Assembly: GCF_036321535.1 (NCBI RefSeq) | Contig: NC_087436.1 | Location: 106,518,001-106,582,000 of the forward strand | DNA length: 64,000 nt | Source: Camelus dromedarius | Taxonomy: Eukaryota | Reading direction: 5' to 3' | Shown here: positions 12,330 to 24,650 of the stretch, in pieces | How the letters are laid out: every line of letters begins with the position of its first letter | Numbering within the stretch: position 1 is the first letter of the stretch | Notes under the pieces: model-generated | What the model saw: only the letters and a program-made list of their open reading frames with translations | What the model was told of the DNA's origin: nothing | The model's database searches: none | Program-made: the position numbers and the translations under genes

Positions 12330-13130
12330 GGGTTTTCCTTCTCCTTCTCTTTCATGTTGATATTCCCTTGGCTTTTTCCTTTGGTCGTCTTTCCCTTCTT
12401 GATGCATGTTCTCCTTAAGATGTATCCTTGACTATAGTCAGTGACTTCCTGAAGACCATGGAAGACGACTTCCAGATCAGTTTCTCTCGCCCAAATCACT
12501 CTCCCAAGCTTCAGACTCACAGACCTACTGGGCATATTCTTTTGAGTTTCTCCTGGAAGTTTAAGAACAATATGTCCCAAACTGAACACATCATCTTGCT
12601 CCCTAAAAACTGACTGATAGTCCCTTTTTCAGAGGTGGTCATCAACTCAAACTGTTCCGGCAAAACTCAGGAGTTATCATAAATCCTCCCTCCCTTTCAT
12701 CACCGAGTCTAATTTCACCAAATCTAAGGTCACCAAGTCTTGTTTATTCTACGTCTTTTAAAGATCGCAACTTGATACTTTTTCATCTTCCTTATTCCAG
12801 TTATAACCAATTCCACTGTACCTTCCATTTAGCAAAACAGTGCTTCTAAAACTTGAATTTTATCCTACCTTTTTTGATTTAGAGCCCACTGATAGTTTCA
12901 CATGGCTCTCTGGAACCAAACACAACTGCATTTGGGTTGAGTGTAAGTTCATCTACGAATGGTACCTACCATTCCCTAAATACTATTTTTTACCAAGCTC
13001 TCAACCCCATTCCTGCCCCATACTTCAACTCCACTCTGCCTCCACCTTTGTAGCTTCTAGAATAAACTCTATCATGTTGTCAGAACTTGGCAAAATCTTT
13101 TCCCTTGGCTTAGAATGCCCTCCCTCTCCT
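12330..13130 (+). mobile_element. L2 LINE fragment (decayed ORF2 3' region)
   Basis: gacgacttccagatcag...cttcagactcac...aatatgtcccaaactgaacacatcatctt matches the L2 segment around the RT DD motif and the NMSKTEL-like motif. Confidence 0.7.
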
Positions 13131-13148
13131 GCCCTAGCCCTCTCCTGC

Positions 13149-13380
13149 GTGGTAGAGAGCCCATGCTTTGGGGTACGGCACACCTAAGATCACACCCCTG
13201 ATCCCGTACTTACAAGCTCTGTAAAGGTAGGCAGGTTATTTATGCTCTCTAAATTTCAGTTGGGTCACCTTAAAATGTAAGTAACAATATCCACTATATA
13301 CTGATGTTGTAAAGATTAAAGATGGTGTGGTTAGTATGGTATCTGGCACATAAGAACATTCAATAATTGTTAACTAATAT
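13149..13380 (+). mobile_element. MIR, near full length
   Basis: MIR head, core and tail (tctggcacataagaacattcaataattgtt). Confidence 0.7.
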
Positions 13381-13449
13381 TTGTCCTTTACAGCTTGATT
13401 CTGAGCTCCTCCTCCTGTGCTGCCAGACCCCTCTCTGCGCCCTGCTCAG

Positions 13450-13810
13450 GATTTAGCTCCACGATGTCAGGAACAGAGTCTGTTTTGTTCACATTTATTT
13501 AGTAATTATCACTGTATCTGACCCACGGCCAGCCCACCATAAAATTAGTCAGTTCCGACAAGATTCAACTCAAATGCTGTTTCTTCAAGGAATTTTTTGT
13601 TAAACCTTTAATTTTGGTTAAGTACTTCTCTTAAGTAATAACCTCTGCTTTTACGTTGTTGGCACAGTTTCCGTTTCTTCTCTAGATTCTTGAATTTCTG
13701 GAGGACAAAGACTGTGTCATTTATATATTTGAATCCCCAACACCTTTCCCAGATCAATCTAGTAGCACTCAAGAAAAGCTTTTTGAATGAATAAATGGAT
13801 GGATGAATGA
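13450..13810 (+). mobile_element. L2 3' end fragments
   Basis: gaggacaaagactgtgtc...gcactcaagaaaagcttttgaatgaataaatggatggatgaatga, a typical L2 tail. Confidence 0.6.
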
Positions 13811-14037
13811 TTTATCTCTTCCTTTCTTTCTTTTCCCCTTACCATGCTCCATTTACATTCTGTTTATAAGAATCAGGCAGAGAATACGGGAACTGATGGA
13901 TGTCGGGTTGGTGAGACCACTCCCTCTCCCGGAGCAGACATCGCAGGCAGCCCCCTGCGTTCTGATGAAATAGTGACAGTGGTACCTGGGTGGGCACATT
14001 TCCATCACAAGAGCTTTAGGAAAGCTTTTCCCTTGAG

Positions 14038-14758
14038 AATGTAGTTTGGTGCAGCCATTATGGAAAACATTATGAGATTCCTTAAAAAACTTAAAATAGA
14101 CTTACCATTATAATCCATCAATCCCACTCCTAGGCATATATCCAGAGGAAACTCTAACTTGAAAAGACACATGCACCCCAATATTCATAGCAGCACTATT
14201 TACAATAGCCAAGACATGGAAGCAGCCTAAAAGTCCATCACTAGATGATTGGATAAAGAAGTTGTGGCATATATATAACAGAATTCTACTCAGCCATAGA
14301 AAAAAATAACATAGTGACATTTGCAGCAACATGGATAGACCTGATGATTATCATACTAAGTGAAGTAAGCCAGAAAGAGAAAGACAAATACCATATGATA
14401 TCACTTATATGTGGGCTCTAAAAATAATGACACAAATGAACATACTTACAAAACAGAAACAGACTCAGAGACATAGAAAACAAACTTATAGTTACCAGGG
14501 AGGAAAGGGGATGAGAAGGGATAAATTGGGAGTTCGAGATTTGCAGGTACTAACTACTAAATACAAAATAGATAAACAACAAGGACCTATGATAGAGCAC
14601 AGGGAACTATATTCAATATCTTGTAGTAACCTATATGAAAAAGAATATCAAAGGGGATATGTGTGTGTATATATATGACTGAAACACTATGCTATACACC
14701 AGAAATTAACACAACATTGCAAACCAACTATAATTCAATTAAAAAAAAAAAGAAAAAA
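14038..14758 (+). mobile_element. 5'-truncated L1 (ORF2 C-terminal remnant, 3' UTR, poly-A) with TSD
   Basis: ggtgcagccattatggaaaac...gcagcactatttacaatagccaagacatggaagc...A-tail. TSD aaagcttttcccttgag (14021-14037) / aaagctttcccttgag (14759-14774). ORF2 is disrupted by stops. Confidence 0.95.
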
Positions 14759-16185
14759 AAAGCTTTCCCTTGAGCAAGGACATGAGAACAGCACAGGCGA
14801 GCTGGGACCGTGCAGACCTCCCCGAAGGAAGTTTGTAAGGCTGGTGTGTAGGTGAGAGTCCACCCTCCCACTCTGCCCATGGGGTTTAAACAAGAGCCTG
14901 GAAGGGTGATGCATTTCTACAGGCTCAGGTGAGAGTGGCTGAGAGATGGTCTGAAAAGGAAGAGCAGACCTCTGTACTCCCCCCCGGGCCATGGCCTCCA
15001 AACCACCTTGTAGGCCAGGCAAAATGCCGAGCTGACCCTGATATGCATCGAAATGAAAGGTTTGTCTGCAAATCAGGGAAGAATTCTCTCAGCACCTACA
15101 GGACCGGTGCCAGGGAGTTAACATTTGGAAACCTCAGCTCTGTGCCAGGTCGTTGTTGGAAAAGCAGCAGATCTTGGAGCAAATGCCAGGGAGGTACAGA
15201 GGGGAAGAAGTGAGGACAAGGACTCCAGGAATTAGCTATTCAAGAATGTTCAAGAAACCGGATAGCTCTTTTCCTTGTCAAAGAGAGAGAAAGAGAGCGA
15301 GAGAAGGACGTTCAAAGGAGCATTCCTCGGAGCAGGTTGTTCCGAGTTTTGGGGGAATTGGGAGGGCAGATGCTACAAGGTTATTGGAGTCAGTATCAGA
15401 CGTGAGAACAAAGTGGCAGTGACATGAGCTAAGAAATGACTAAGCACTCGAGGCCTGGAGTCGCTAATAGACGGATCCAAATGCCAAGTGAAGCAGTTGT
15501 CTCAGCTCATTTGAATACTTCTGAAGAGGTGATGAAAAACTAGCAGGAGAGACAGAACCTTGTCTCTTGCAGAATATCCTGAGCTTGCAAGGTAACACTG
15601 CCTTCCTCTGTGACTGCGACTGTGGCTGTTCATCTGGCCCCCTTGGTCACTTTCTCTGGGGTTTTAGAATGGAAAGTTTAGAACCAGGGCACACCACGGT
15701 TTCCTTTGATAATGGGGGTTTTTATTCTTAAGGAATCACTTCTTTTTTGCAGCTTGGGAATCTCCCTCTCCGATTACAGGCTGCTCAGAGTTTTAAAATA
15801 AAAGGGAAGGTGTGGTACTCAGGCAGTCAAGCTTTGAGGCTTTAGAGGACTTCCTTCTGCTTTCTCCCATTTCTCTTTCCCCCCTTTTCCTGATTGTTTC
15901 TGTTTTGGAGGAGCCTGAAGAATCTGGGTCTGGGGGATGTAGTTAAGTTAGGGGAGGACGTTAGAGAAGGCAAAATTCATGTTACAGATTTTATTCTCTC
16001 TCAGGGTGTGTTTGTAAGAGCAAAGTCACTAAGGAAATGTGTGCACATAATGGATGCTCAATAAATACTCCTATCTTTGCTTCTCCCTCTCCCTTTTTCA
16101 TTTCCTCTCTCCCTGGCCCCTCCTCATTTGTGTTTGGTTAAAGAGGATAAAGATTCTCTGGGAATCATTATTGTTAATGATAAAG

Positions 16186-16385
16186 GCTACCATTTACTGA
16201 ACACCTCTTCTACCCAGGCTATATATTAGGCACTTTCATGATCTCAGTTGTGCCTCATTGTAACATAGAATGGGAGAGGCAACTATGCCCACTATACAGA
16301 TGCAGAAATTGAGCAAACACAGAATTACTGCCTCAAGAGCTACAATGATGCAGCTAGAATGCCCATTAAGTTTTCCAGACTCTGA
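16186..16385 (-). mobile_element. MIR
   Basis: ccatttactgaacacc...cccactatacagatgcagaaattgag. Confidence 0.6.
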
Positions 16386-17679
16386 CTTCATGATTTTTTT
16401 AAAGAAATAATGCTACATCTCTCTCATGGATGATGCAAACGTGGCTTTCTTGCAGCAAACCCACGTCCACTCAGTCAGCACTCAGGCCAGGGCTTAGTTA
16501 AGCTGGTGAATTGGGCTGGGCAGCCCTCCCTTTGGCATGCCCCTCCCACCTCCCTCGGCTGAAGCACCAACCAGTCATGCCACCCTTTCAGTCAAGCACT
16601 CTTGTTTATCTCCTGTAACCGAGGCTCACTCATCCCTACTCCTTTGGCCTTGAGGGACCCAAGGTCTCAGTTAGCTAATTAAATAAGCTTATCTGGGCTA
16701 ATAGCTCTTAATCCCAAAGTCACTACTCTTCCCTCGGTACTGAATGCAGAATCAAAGATGGAAATTTCAGTTGGTAAAAGATTACTGGAAGAGAAAAAGG
16801 GCTGGAGTAGACAAACTTCACTGCCTCTCCAGTCTCACTGAATACCACTGCCCATCCTACCTACATGTTGGCAGGTCCTTGCTTATGAAAACCCCACTGA
16901 GAACCCACCACGGAGTGTTGAGATTTGAGCCTCCAATGTTTTAAATGATAAGAATCCATTAAGAAAGACTTTTCCTGATTTTGTTAAGTACTTTGTGAGC
17001 AACTACTATGTGCTAAGCTCCGTTTAGGTAGGAAATTCAGTGGGAGAGCAACTCATGCCTCTGGAGAGGTTCTATGCTATGGGACACTTCTATCTTCCTC
17101 TCCCGTGAACGTTTTTATAGCCTGTTGAACGCTTAGGAAGATACCTTCGAGAAGATCAAGCATCCAATGGCTAGGGAGAAAAAAGATTAAGAAAAAACAG
17201 AGGAATATTAGTTTTAAACTGCTCATTTAGAATTACCAGTTTCAATCAATGACAATTTTAAGATATTAAATCCAATCTGGAGTAAACTTGTCAAAAAAAA
17301 TGCCATTACTGTCATTCTCCAAGGTTTTTCTAATAAGATCAGGGTCAGTGATGGGAAGTAAGCTGGAAGATGAATAGGATGTCAGGAAGCAATTGAGTTC
17401 CAAGAAGTTGCCAAGACTTCCCAGCTTGATGACTTGGTTCTGAGACAATGAGGTTGGAGGTCTTTGGTGAAACTGGCCCAGGGAACTGCTGCTGGTTGCT
17501 TCTGCACGTAGTGTGGGACCCTCCTCTTACATAAGCTACTGAAAAGCACTTCTTGGCATTCTCCTCTGAGTTATAGGAGAGAAAAAGACAGCCCTAGAGA
17601 CTCTCTCTGCTCCTTGAATTCTTCTCTCCTGTCTACTTTGTCCAGAAGCCTTGGTAGAGTCTTCACATGGCCCAGTAAG

Positions 17680-17785
17680 AAGCAAATCCTGGCTCCATCA
17701 GTTACTAGCTTTGTGACTCTGGATGAGGGTTTAATCCCTCTAAGCCTCAGCTCCTTTGTCTGTAAAATGGGGATAATATTCATCT
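17680..17785 (+). mobile_element. MIR core
   Basis: aaatcctggctcc...ctctaagcctcagctcctttgtctgtaaaatggggataat. Confidence 0.75.
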
Positions 17786-18930
17786 TGATTAATAATACTG
17801 GCAAACATTGATAAGATGATTATTTCTTTGTCCAGACACAGCTGGAGATGCATCCCCTCATGGGAGGCTCATTCTCCAAGAGTTACATATGCTTAAACCA
17901 ATCAATAGCTATTATTATCAAAAGTCACAGGCACAGTTCAGAAATCACTGCAGGTAACATTTTTTTTTTTAAATCATGGTTATCTTTTTAAAAATTAAAT
18001 GACTGTGCAACTTCTGTGATAACCATCTCTGCCAAGGATGAGTTTCCATCATTGAATAAATGGCACAGTTTGGAAGAGCCTCTGAACTCAGGTAAAGAGC
18101 GCTCCCTCCAACTCCCACTTAGTCCCCTTAGGACAGAAGGACAGTGAGACATTTAGTTGACTGAAAGCATATCCTACACAGTGGACAAGTGTGTGGCGTG
18201 CTCATATGCTGTAATGACTCCTTGTTAAACACAAGGAGAGACAGAGAGGGAGAGAGATTCCATATGCATCATTCAGTACCCTTGCAAGTGAAGCAGAAAA
18301 TTTGTGTCCCCACCTGTGACCTGATCCTGTGACTTGCTCTATACTTTGGTCTGGAAATTTCCGACTTGTAGCAGTGAGGGGATACATAGTTCCATCACCT
18401 TCGGCAGGGTCCTGGTTGGGTCTTCCTATCGCAGGGCTCAGCCTGCAGAGAACACATTCATCTTGAAGAAGGAAGAGAGAATCTCGTCAGTTCTGCCGTC
18501 TCTCTGTCCATCCTGCTGGCCTCTGGTCTTTTGTCTGTTCCACTCTTATTATGGGATCTGTGAGAAAAGAAAAATCACTTCTCTTGTGAAGGTCAGCCAG
18601 TAAAATGTGCTCATAGGTCCCCTAACCAAACCTGATGAATCTAGCCCCATTTCTCCCAGGTTACAATCCCAGAAAGCCCCCTAAAGTTCTTTATCATGAC
18701 TTCCCTTCACACAGGCCCCACAGCAGCCACTTGTCATGATCATTTTTGAACCTCCTTGCAGGGTGATAATTTTGTCTTTTCATTTTCCTGGATCATTTGT
18801 GGAGGTGAACTGGGCTGGAAGGGTGAGTGTGAGGGTGAGAGCTTAAAAAACAAAGCCCTGGGTTTTTAGCTACATCTGGTTATCCCAGTTAGTGCTTGTG
18901 GGAAATTACCAGAGTAAGAAAGGGTAGCTC

Positions 18931-19499
18931 TGATACAGGAAAATGGGGCGTGAGAAGATGGCCATGTCCCATGTCCCTGGCGTGTCCCTGGGAAGTGCCC
19001 CATCAAGCGAGGGTCCTTGGTTTTGTGTAGGAAAGAATTCAAGCATGAGCCACAGTCGAGTGAAGATATATTTATTCAGGGAGTTGCACACTCCATAGAC
19101 AGAATGAGGGTCATCTCTGAAGGCAAGAGAGAGCGATTAGGAGGTGCGGGGTTGTTGGTTTTTATTGGCTCAGTAACTTCATATGCTAACAAGTATGGGG
19201 ATTATTCCAACTACTTTGGGGAAGGGGGGTGGATCCCAGGAATTGGGCCATCACCCACTTTTTGATCTTTTATGGTCAGCCTCAGAATAGTCATGGCACC
19301 TGTGGGAGTGCTATTTAGCATGCTAATGTATTACAATGAGTGTATAATGAAGCTCAAGGTCTTCTGGAAGTCAAATCTCCTGCCATCTTGGGCCTCAACA
19401 TCTACTGGGAGTTGAATCTTCCGATCTTCCGCCATCTTGGTGCTCGTTGTGGTGTCATTCTTTTAATGATTGTGCCCTGCCCTCTTCCCTCCTGTCTCA
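18931..19499 (-). mobile_element. Solo ERV1 LTR, MER41-like
   Basis: TG...CA termini with a 10-bp inverted repeat (tgatacagga / tcctgtctca) and a perfect 4-bp TSD gctc (18927-18930 and 19500-19503). Minus-strand blocks cattagcatgctaaatagcactcccacaggtgccatgac and gaattctttcctacacaaaaccaaggaccctc resemble MER41. Confidence 0.88.
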
Positions 19500-19844
19500 G
19501 CTCCAGACAGTGCTGACTGGTAAAGACTTGAGAGGAGCTACTTCCTGAGATTCACCTGGTCCCTGAATCATCCTGCAGCATCTTTTGAATCATCCATTCA
19601 TTTATGCTGGGCTGTGGGTGACAAACATCTTTCGAGCCCCTAACCCATGCAAGGTAATGTAGTTACTGAGAAGAAAAGCTACCAGATTGTTGCTCACACT
19701 CCAAGAGTGGGAGACAAATGAGCCAACCAGGAAGTCAAAGAGTCCTTACTTGCTTTCAAATGGCAAGTAGGGGCACAGGGCGTCCAAGGAAGCCTTTCAA
19801 GGCATGGTTGCAATGTACTGAGTTCTGAGCAGAGGAAGACAGTG

Positions 19845-20060
19845 TGCTTGGACATCCAGCAGACCTAGACTAAAATTCCACATCTGCCACACATTTTCAG
19901 TGTTCTCTTAGACAAATTATCCTTCCTCTCAAAATGCAGGTTCCTGAGTTATAAAAGAGATATTTTGGTGAAAATTAGCATGTTTGCTGAAATATAAGCA
20001 TGTCTTACATCCAACACTGAGTAGTTAAATATGTGGAGACTCTATTTTGTTATTATTATG
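19845..20060 (+). mobile_element. MIR fragment
   Basis: cagcagacctagactaaaattcc...tagacaaattat, degenerate MIR. Confidence 0.45.
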
Positions 20061-21276
20061 TATGATAATTATTTGTTTCATATTAGGAAACTACACAGGT
20101 CACCTAAGTCAATAATAATTAGAACTGGGGCACAGTCTATTGAGGAAATGAAAGACTGTCAGTTTGACTGATATTGGCAATGGGTGTGGAAAAGAGGGGT
20201 AGGAAGCCTGGGTCGGGACACAATGGATAGTCAGGCAGAAATCTATTCATTAAGGGCCCTGTAGTGTAAATTATTTGCCTGAGGGAATGGGAGCCTTTGA
20301 AGGCTAATCGCTTTTTAGGAAAAGTGTATGGTAGCAACTAAACATCCTGAGAATGTGGCTCTTGTTGTCAGCTGTCTGGTCCCCCTGCTCACAAAGCCTG
20401 GGGTCATTGACCACCTAGCCATGGAAAATAAAATCTCAGGCATCGCTTTGCCTCTGTAGAATTCTCAGCGATTTTTCAGAGAGTAAAACATTCTTTGTGA
20501 AATTCTTGAAGATTTCTCCCCGTCACTCTGAAATGCCCTGAATTTCAAGCAGCCCTAATGTTGCTGACTCACTTCTCGTTTCATAAGGATCTGGGTTGAG
20601 TTGTCATATGTTATAAATCTCTAGTTTACGGAATCTTTCCTATTGCTGTAAGGGAGAGCTGGAAGTGTGTCAAAGGAATTCAAGGCGGGCTAAACAGAAG
20701 TTGAGCTTAAAAAGTGCCCTGTAATTTTGCTCTTTTCTTTTTTTCAGTAAAAGGAGACCGTTAATGTTTTTACAGAGGGTCATTATTTAATTTTTGTCTT
20801 AAGGAGGAAATGTCAAGAGTGGACTTCAAGATATATGTCTATTCTAAGACTGATTGCATTTAACATAAATTTCCCAGGACTTCCTTTAATGCTTTATGGA
20901 ATCTCTCTACATCACTCATGGCAAAAGTCTGCCAGACCCCTGACAGGAGGCAAATTTCTCTTTTTAGGATTTTTGGTTTGACTTTGCCTTTCACAGACAG
21001 ACACATCTAACAACTTTGGGTAACTGCTCACCCAAGCCTGTATGTTAAACAGGAAAAGCGAAGATGTGGCAATGCACAGGAAGAGAAAAAGGGGCGGGGC
21101 TAAAAAAAGATGTGCTTTATATCATAGTATTTTCCCCCTACTATCAGCTCTAATGACAAAACCTACAGCATAAACTCCATGGGACTTAATGTGATTTTGC
21201 AAGCCAACTTATCTCTTTCCCTGGGAACATAAAGTTGCCGATGCCTTCACATAGTTCCTCATTCCCTGTAGAATAC

Positions 21277-21299
21277 ATGGATGGATGGATGGATGGATG
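21277..21299. repeat. (ATGG)n microsatellite
   Basis: Directly visible. Confidence 0.9.
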
Positions 21300-21769
21300 A
21301 CCTAGAATAGCAACCCCTGTCTGAAAATATAGCTCCTTAACATGTTATTACACTTACTTTCTTCTTCACCTTTAAGAAAGCTGTTATCTCTGAATGTTTT
21401 GACTTTGATCATTGTTACCAATTTCTTTGAGACTTTTCTGTGGCTACACCTTGTGTTACTCCCTTCTCTTTGTGGATTTAAACCCACTTTGGCCTAAGGC
21501 CAAAGTAAAAAAACAGACCTCCTCATCCAATTTACATCTCCCGATCAGGAAATTGAGCTTCTACCTTCCACCAAGTGAGCATGGTTTCTTATGGGGAGGG
21601 ATGCTGACTCATGAAAAAGGCAAGGCAATAGCCATATACAAATATATCATTTATCTCTTAAAGTGATTTCATTAGACAATGGGTCTGTGGTACCTGAGAT
21701 GTCAAATAGTTCGGTTTAATTTTACATAATTTTGCAGCTAGGAATGACATGAAATTCTCTGTTTCCTAC

Positions 21770-21922
21770 TGTTGTATCACGTATGTTTTCCTTACTAGAA
21801 ATGTAAGCTCCATGAAGGCAAAGGTTTTGAGGCTCCTGTTAACTGATGGACACTCGTCTCATAGAACGATGCCTCACACGAGTAGAAACTCACTAAATAT
21901 TTGAAGAAATAAATGACTGACT
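21770..21922 (+). mobile_element. L2 3' end
   Basis: actagaaatgtaagctccatgaaggcaaagg...ctcactaaatatttgaagaaataaatga. Confidence 0.7.
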
Positions 21923-22487
21923 CAAAGTCAAAATGCCTTCCTTCATTTGTTCCCTGTCTTCGCTTCTTGTGGGTTTTTGTTTTCTCTCTTGGTGAGGGCA
22001 CCCAGGGTCACCTACTAGGAGAGAACTTGCAGTTGTTTTCAAGATCATGCCATTTTATCATGGGGACCTGGAATTTCCATACTCATCCTTTCTTGCTGAT
22101 ACCAGCTGATTTTAAGTCAACCTTTGTATATTTTTCACACTGTCTGTATTTCTGAAGTTGCTTTTAGCACAAGCCTATTTTTCTTAGATTATTTTGTCAT
22201 GCACATATACCTATTTCTAAAATGTCATTAAACTTAAATTTTCTGTTCTACTGTGTTTCCCCCAAACTGTATTTTCTTTTCTTTGCACTTTCTCATTTGC
22301 TTTCCTCATATGTAATTCTTTCTTTCAGGTCACCCAAGAACAATTGCCTGAGTTTCCTGATAACATCTCTATTTTGGTATCTTCTGCAGTAGGTTTTAGC
22401 TCTTTCAATACAGCCCAGATCAAAGAAGTACATTCCATGCATTTGGCAAGGAAGTGTTAAGTATTAACTCCTAATAGCCCTACTTCT

Positions 22488-22533
<46 letters not shown>

Positions 22534-22540
22534 ATCTATC
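22488..22540. repeat. (TCTA)n / GATA tetranucleotide microsatellite
   Basis: About 11 perfect units plus an interrupted tail. Confidence 0.95.
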
Positions 22541-23624
22541 TTTTAGGTAAAGTTGTCAGATAGATTTGAAGTAGGAAATGGAAGGTCACTCAAGCAGGGA
22601 GCTATTTTCCTGTGTGGGGAAAAAACTGTCTTCAAACAGTCATATCAAGAAACAAATTCCTTCCATTGACAGCTGTAGTCTGTCCAAAGGGCAGATAAAT
22701 AATCATTTGTAAAGAGGTAGTGGAAACATCTTTTTATACGTAACAGTAAGAATAGTTTTGATCAAGTTTTTAATTTGTTCAGATGCAAAAGTAAAGGGAC
22801 AGAGATAAAAGCACCACGGGTATGGATTGTTTAGTAGCTATAGTGATAGTTCAATGCCATTATAATGCAGTTTTGAATAAATTCAATGAGATTATGTGTA
22901 TCTTCCTGACTTGGAAGTCAGGAAGATGATGCGGTTAATTAGGACTTAAGAGAAGTAAAAGAGTAGAAAACAAAATTAAAGCACTAAATTGGTACCCTCT
23001 CCCTGCCCATCAAATTTTTTTTTTTATCAGTTCCTAGTGAGCATGGATGTGTTTTTGTATCTTGAACCACACCTACATAAGTGTGTATGAAATTGCTTTA
23101 AAACTGTTTGCTTTCACATGATAGTTGGGTTTCCCCTTATATGATTACTTGATAGGGGTTGTCTAGAACTTTCAAGAATGAAGGCTTCTCATATGAAGGG
23201 GTATCTCTGAAAAAAATGTTCTGTAATCATCAGCCATGTCTAGAGTGAGCATAATGCTCAAAAGTGCTAGCTTGAGTTATGTGAATTTTTCATTGTTGAT
23301 TTATGCCTAATTACTACTTCAATTATGTTTAGCTTCCTTCTGATAATTTTGGTGGGAGGTTTCTACGTGTGCTATTATAAAATCTGCTTCTGGAAAGATT
23401 GATGGATCCTAATAGCCATCTGGCCCTTGTATTGCTTGCCCAGTTGGGATTATTACAAAGTGGTACCCTGACAGATTTCATGGCAGAGAACAGATAGCCC
23501 ACATGGACTGTGAAGAAACAGTGATTTCGACTTAAGAAAGCATAAAGATGTGCAGTGCATAATGTACCATTGTTTTCACTGGATTTAATGATGTTAGAGA
23601 CTTCAATTACATTACAAAGGACTC

Positions 23625-24650
23625 TGTTAGGAAAGAGGTTTTTAGCTGCAAACAACAACAAACCCAATCAACAGGGATGTAAACTAATATGAATAATCGT
23701 TTTCCACTTAACAAAAATCAGAAGGTTGGTTATCACTGACCTGTTCAATAATATAACAGTTTCAGGGTTTGTACTTTAACTCTCTTGGGTTTCTTCCCCC
23801 ATGATTATCGTACAGATGCCACATTGCTGAGTCTCGTGTCTACCCTAAAGTTTGGAAAAATGAGGTAACATAAACAATCAGTAACGTCTGCTCATTTTAT
23901 CAGTAAAATCTTTTACACATTACTTTTGACCTTCACATATCTTCTTGTTTAGAAGTGTGTCATGTGGCTCACCCTGGTTGTAAGGGAAGCTGGGAAAGCA
24001 TATATTTAGGTTTTCTGGCCTCTAAGGTAGATGGGGCAAGGAAGAAGATAAGATGGTTAGAGGTTAAATATTTAATTAACCAATCAATATTCTATAACAC
24101 AGTCTGCCCCTTACTCTGGTCTCCATACACAGTCTTTTTCATATAGATACATTTCATCCTTCTCCCTCAGGTAATAACCCCAAATAGCATGCATTTTAGA
24201 ATCCAGCTTGAAGTGCCTCATCTCTGAGTGACAACCAGTCCTCACCATCAGATCCAGATGCGGATTTTCTGGTCTAGTGACTATCAGCTCAAAGACAAGT
24301 AATCTGTTCCCTTCACCCACTACACAGTGGTGGTGAAGGCCAACGAAATCTCCATCTTGGGAAAATGAAGACTGGGAGCTACATACAAATTGCTGGTCCA
24401 TAACACGCATCAGATGGCAAGGGCTTTGCCTGGCAGTGGGGCAAACGTTTTTGTTAGGCTATCTGCCGATCCTTTTCTAAGAGAACCCCTGATATCCGTC
24501 ATGGCTGTATCTGAAGTAGACCTTGGAGAAGATGTGCTTCCTGAGAAATGTACAAACTTCCTAGTTCATTTCTCACTCGTGAAGTTTCAGGGGCTTATAG
24601 TATCAAAGAGCCACACGTTTGAGGTTTCCTGAGCAGTATCATCTCCTCAA
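23625..24650 (-). mobile_element. Old MaLR (MLT1J/K-like) LTR plus adjacent internal sequence
   Basis: ttagctgcaaacaacaacaaacccaa...gtcatgtggctcaccctggttgtaagggaagctgggaaa motifs. The downstream part resembles MLT-int. Boundaries are approximate. Confidence 0.5.

Noticed and set aside
14108..14678. ORFs 14108-14332 and 14409-14678
   Set aside because: Antisense or off-frame readings of a truncated L1 ORF2 end and 3' UTR.
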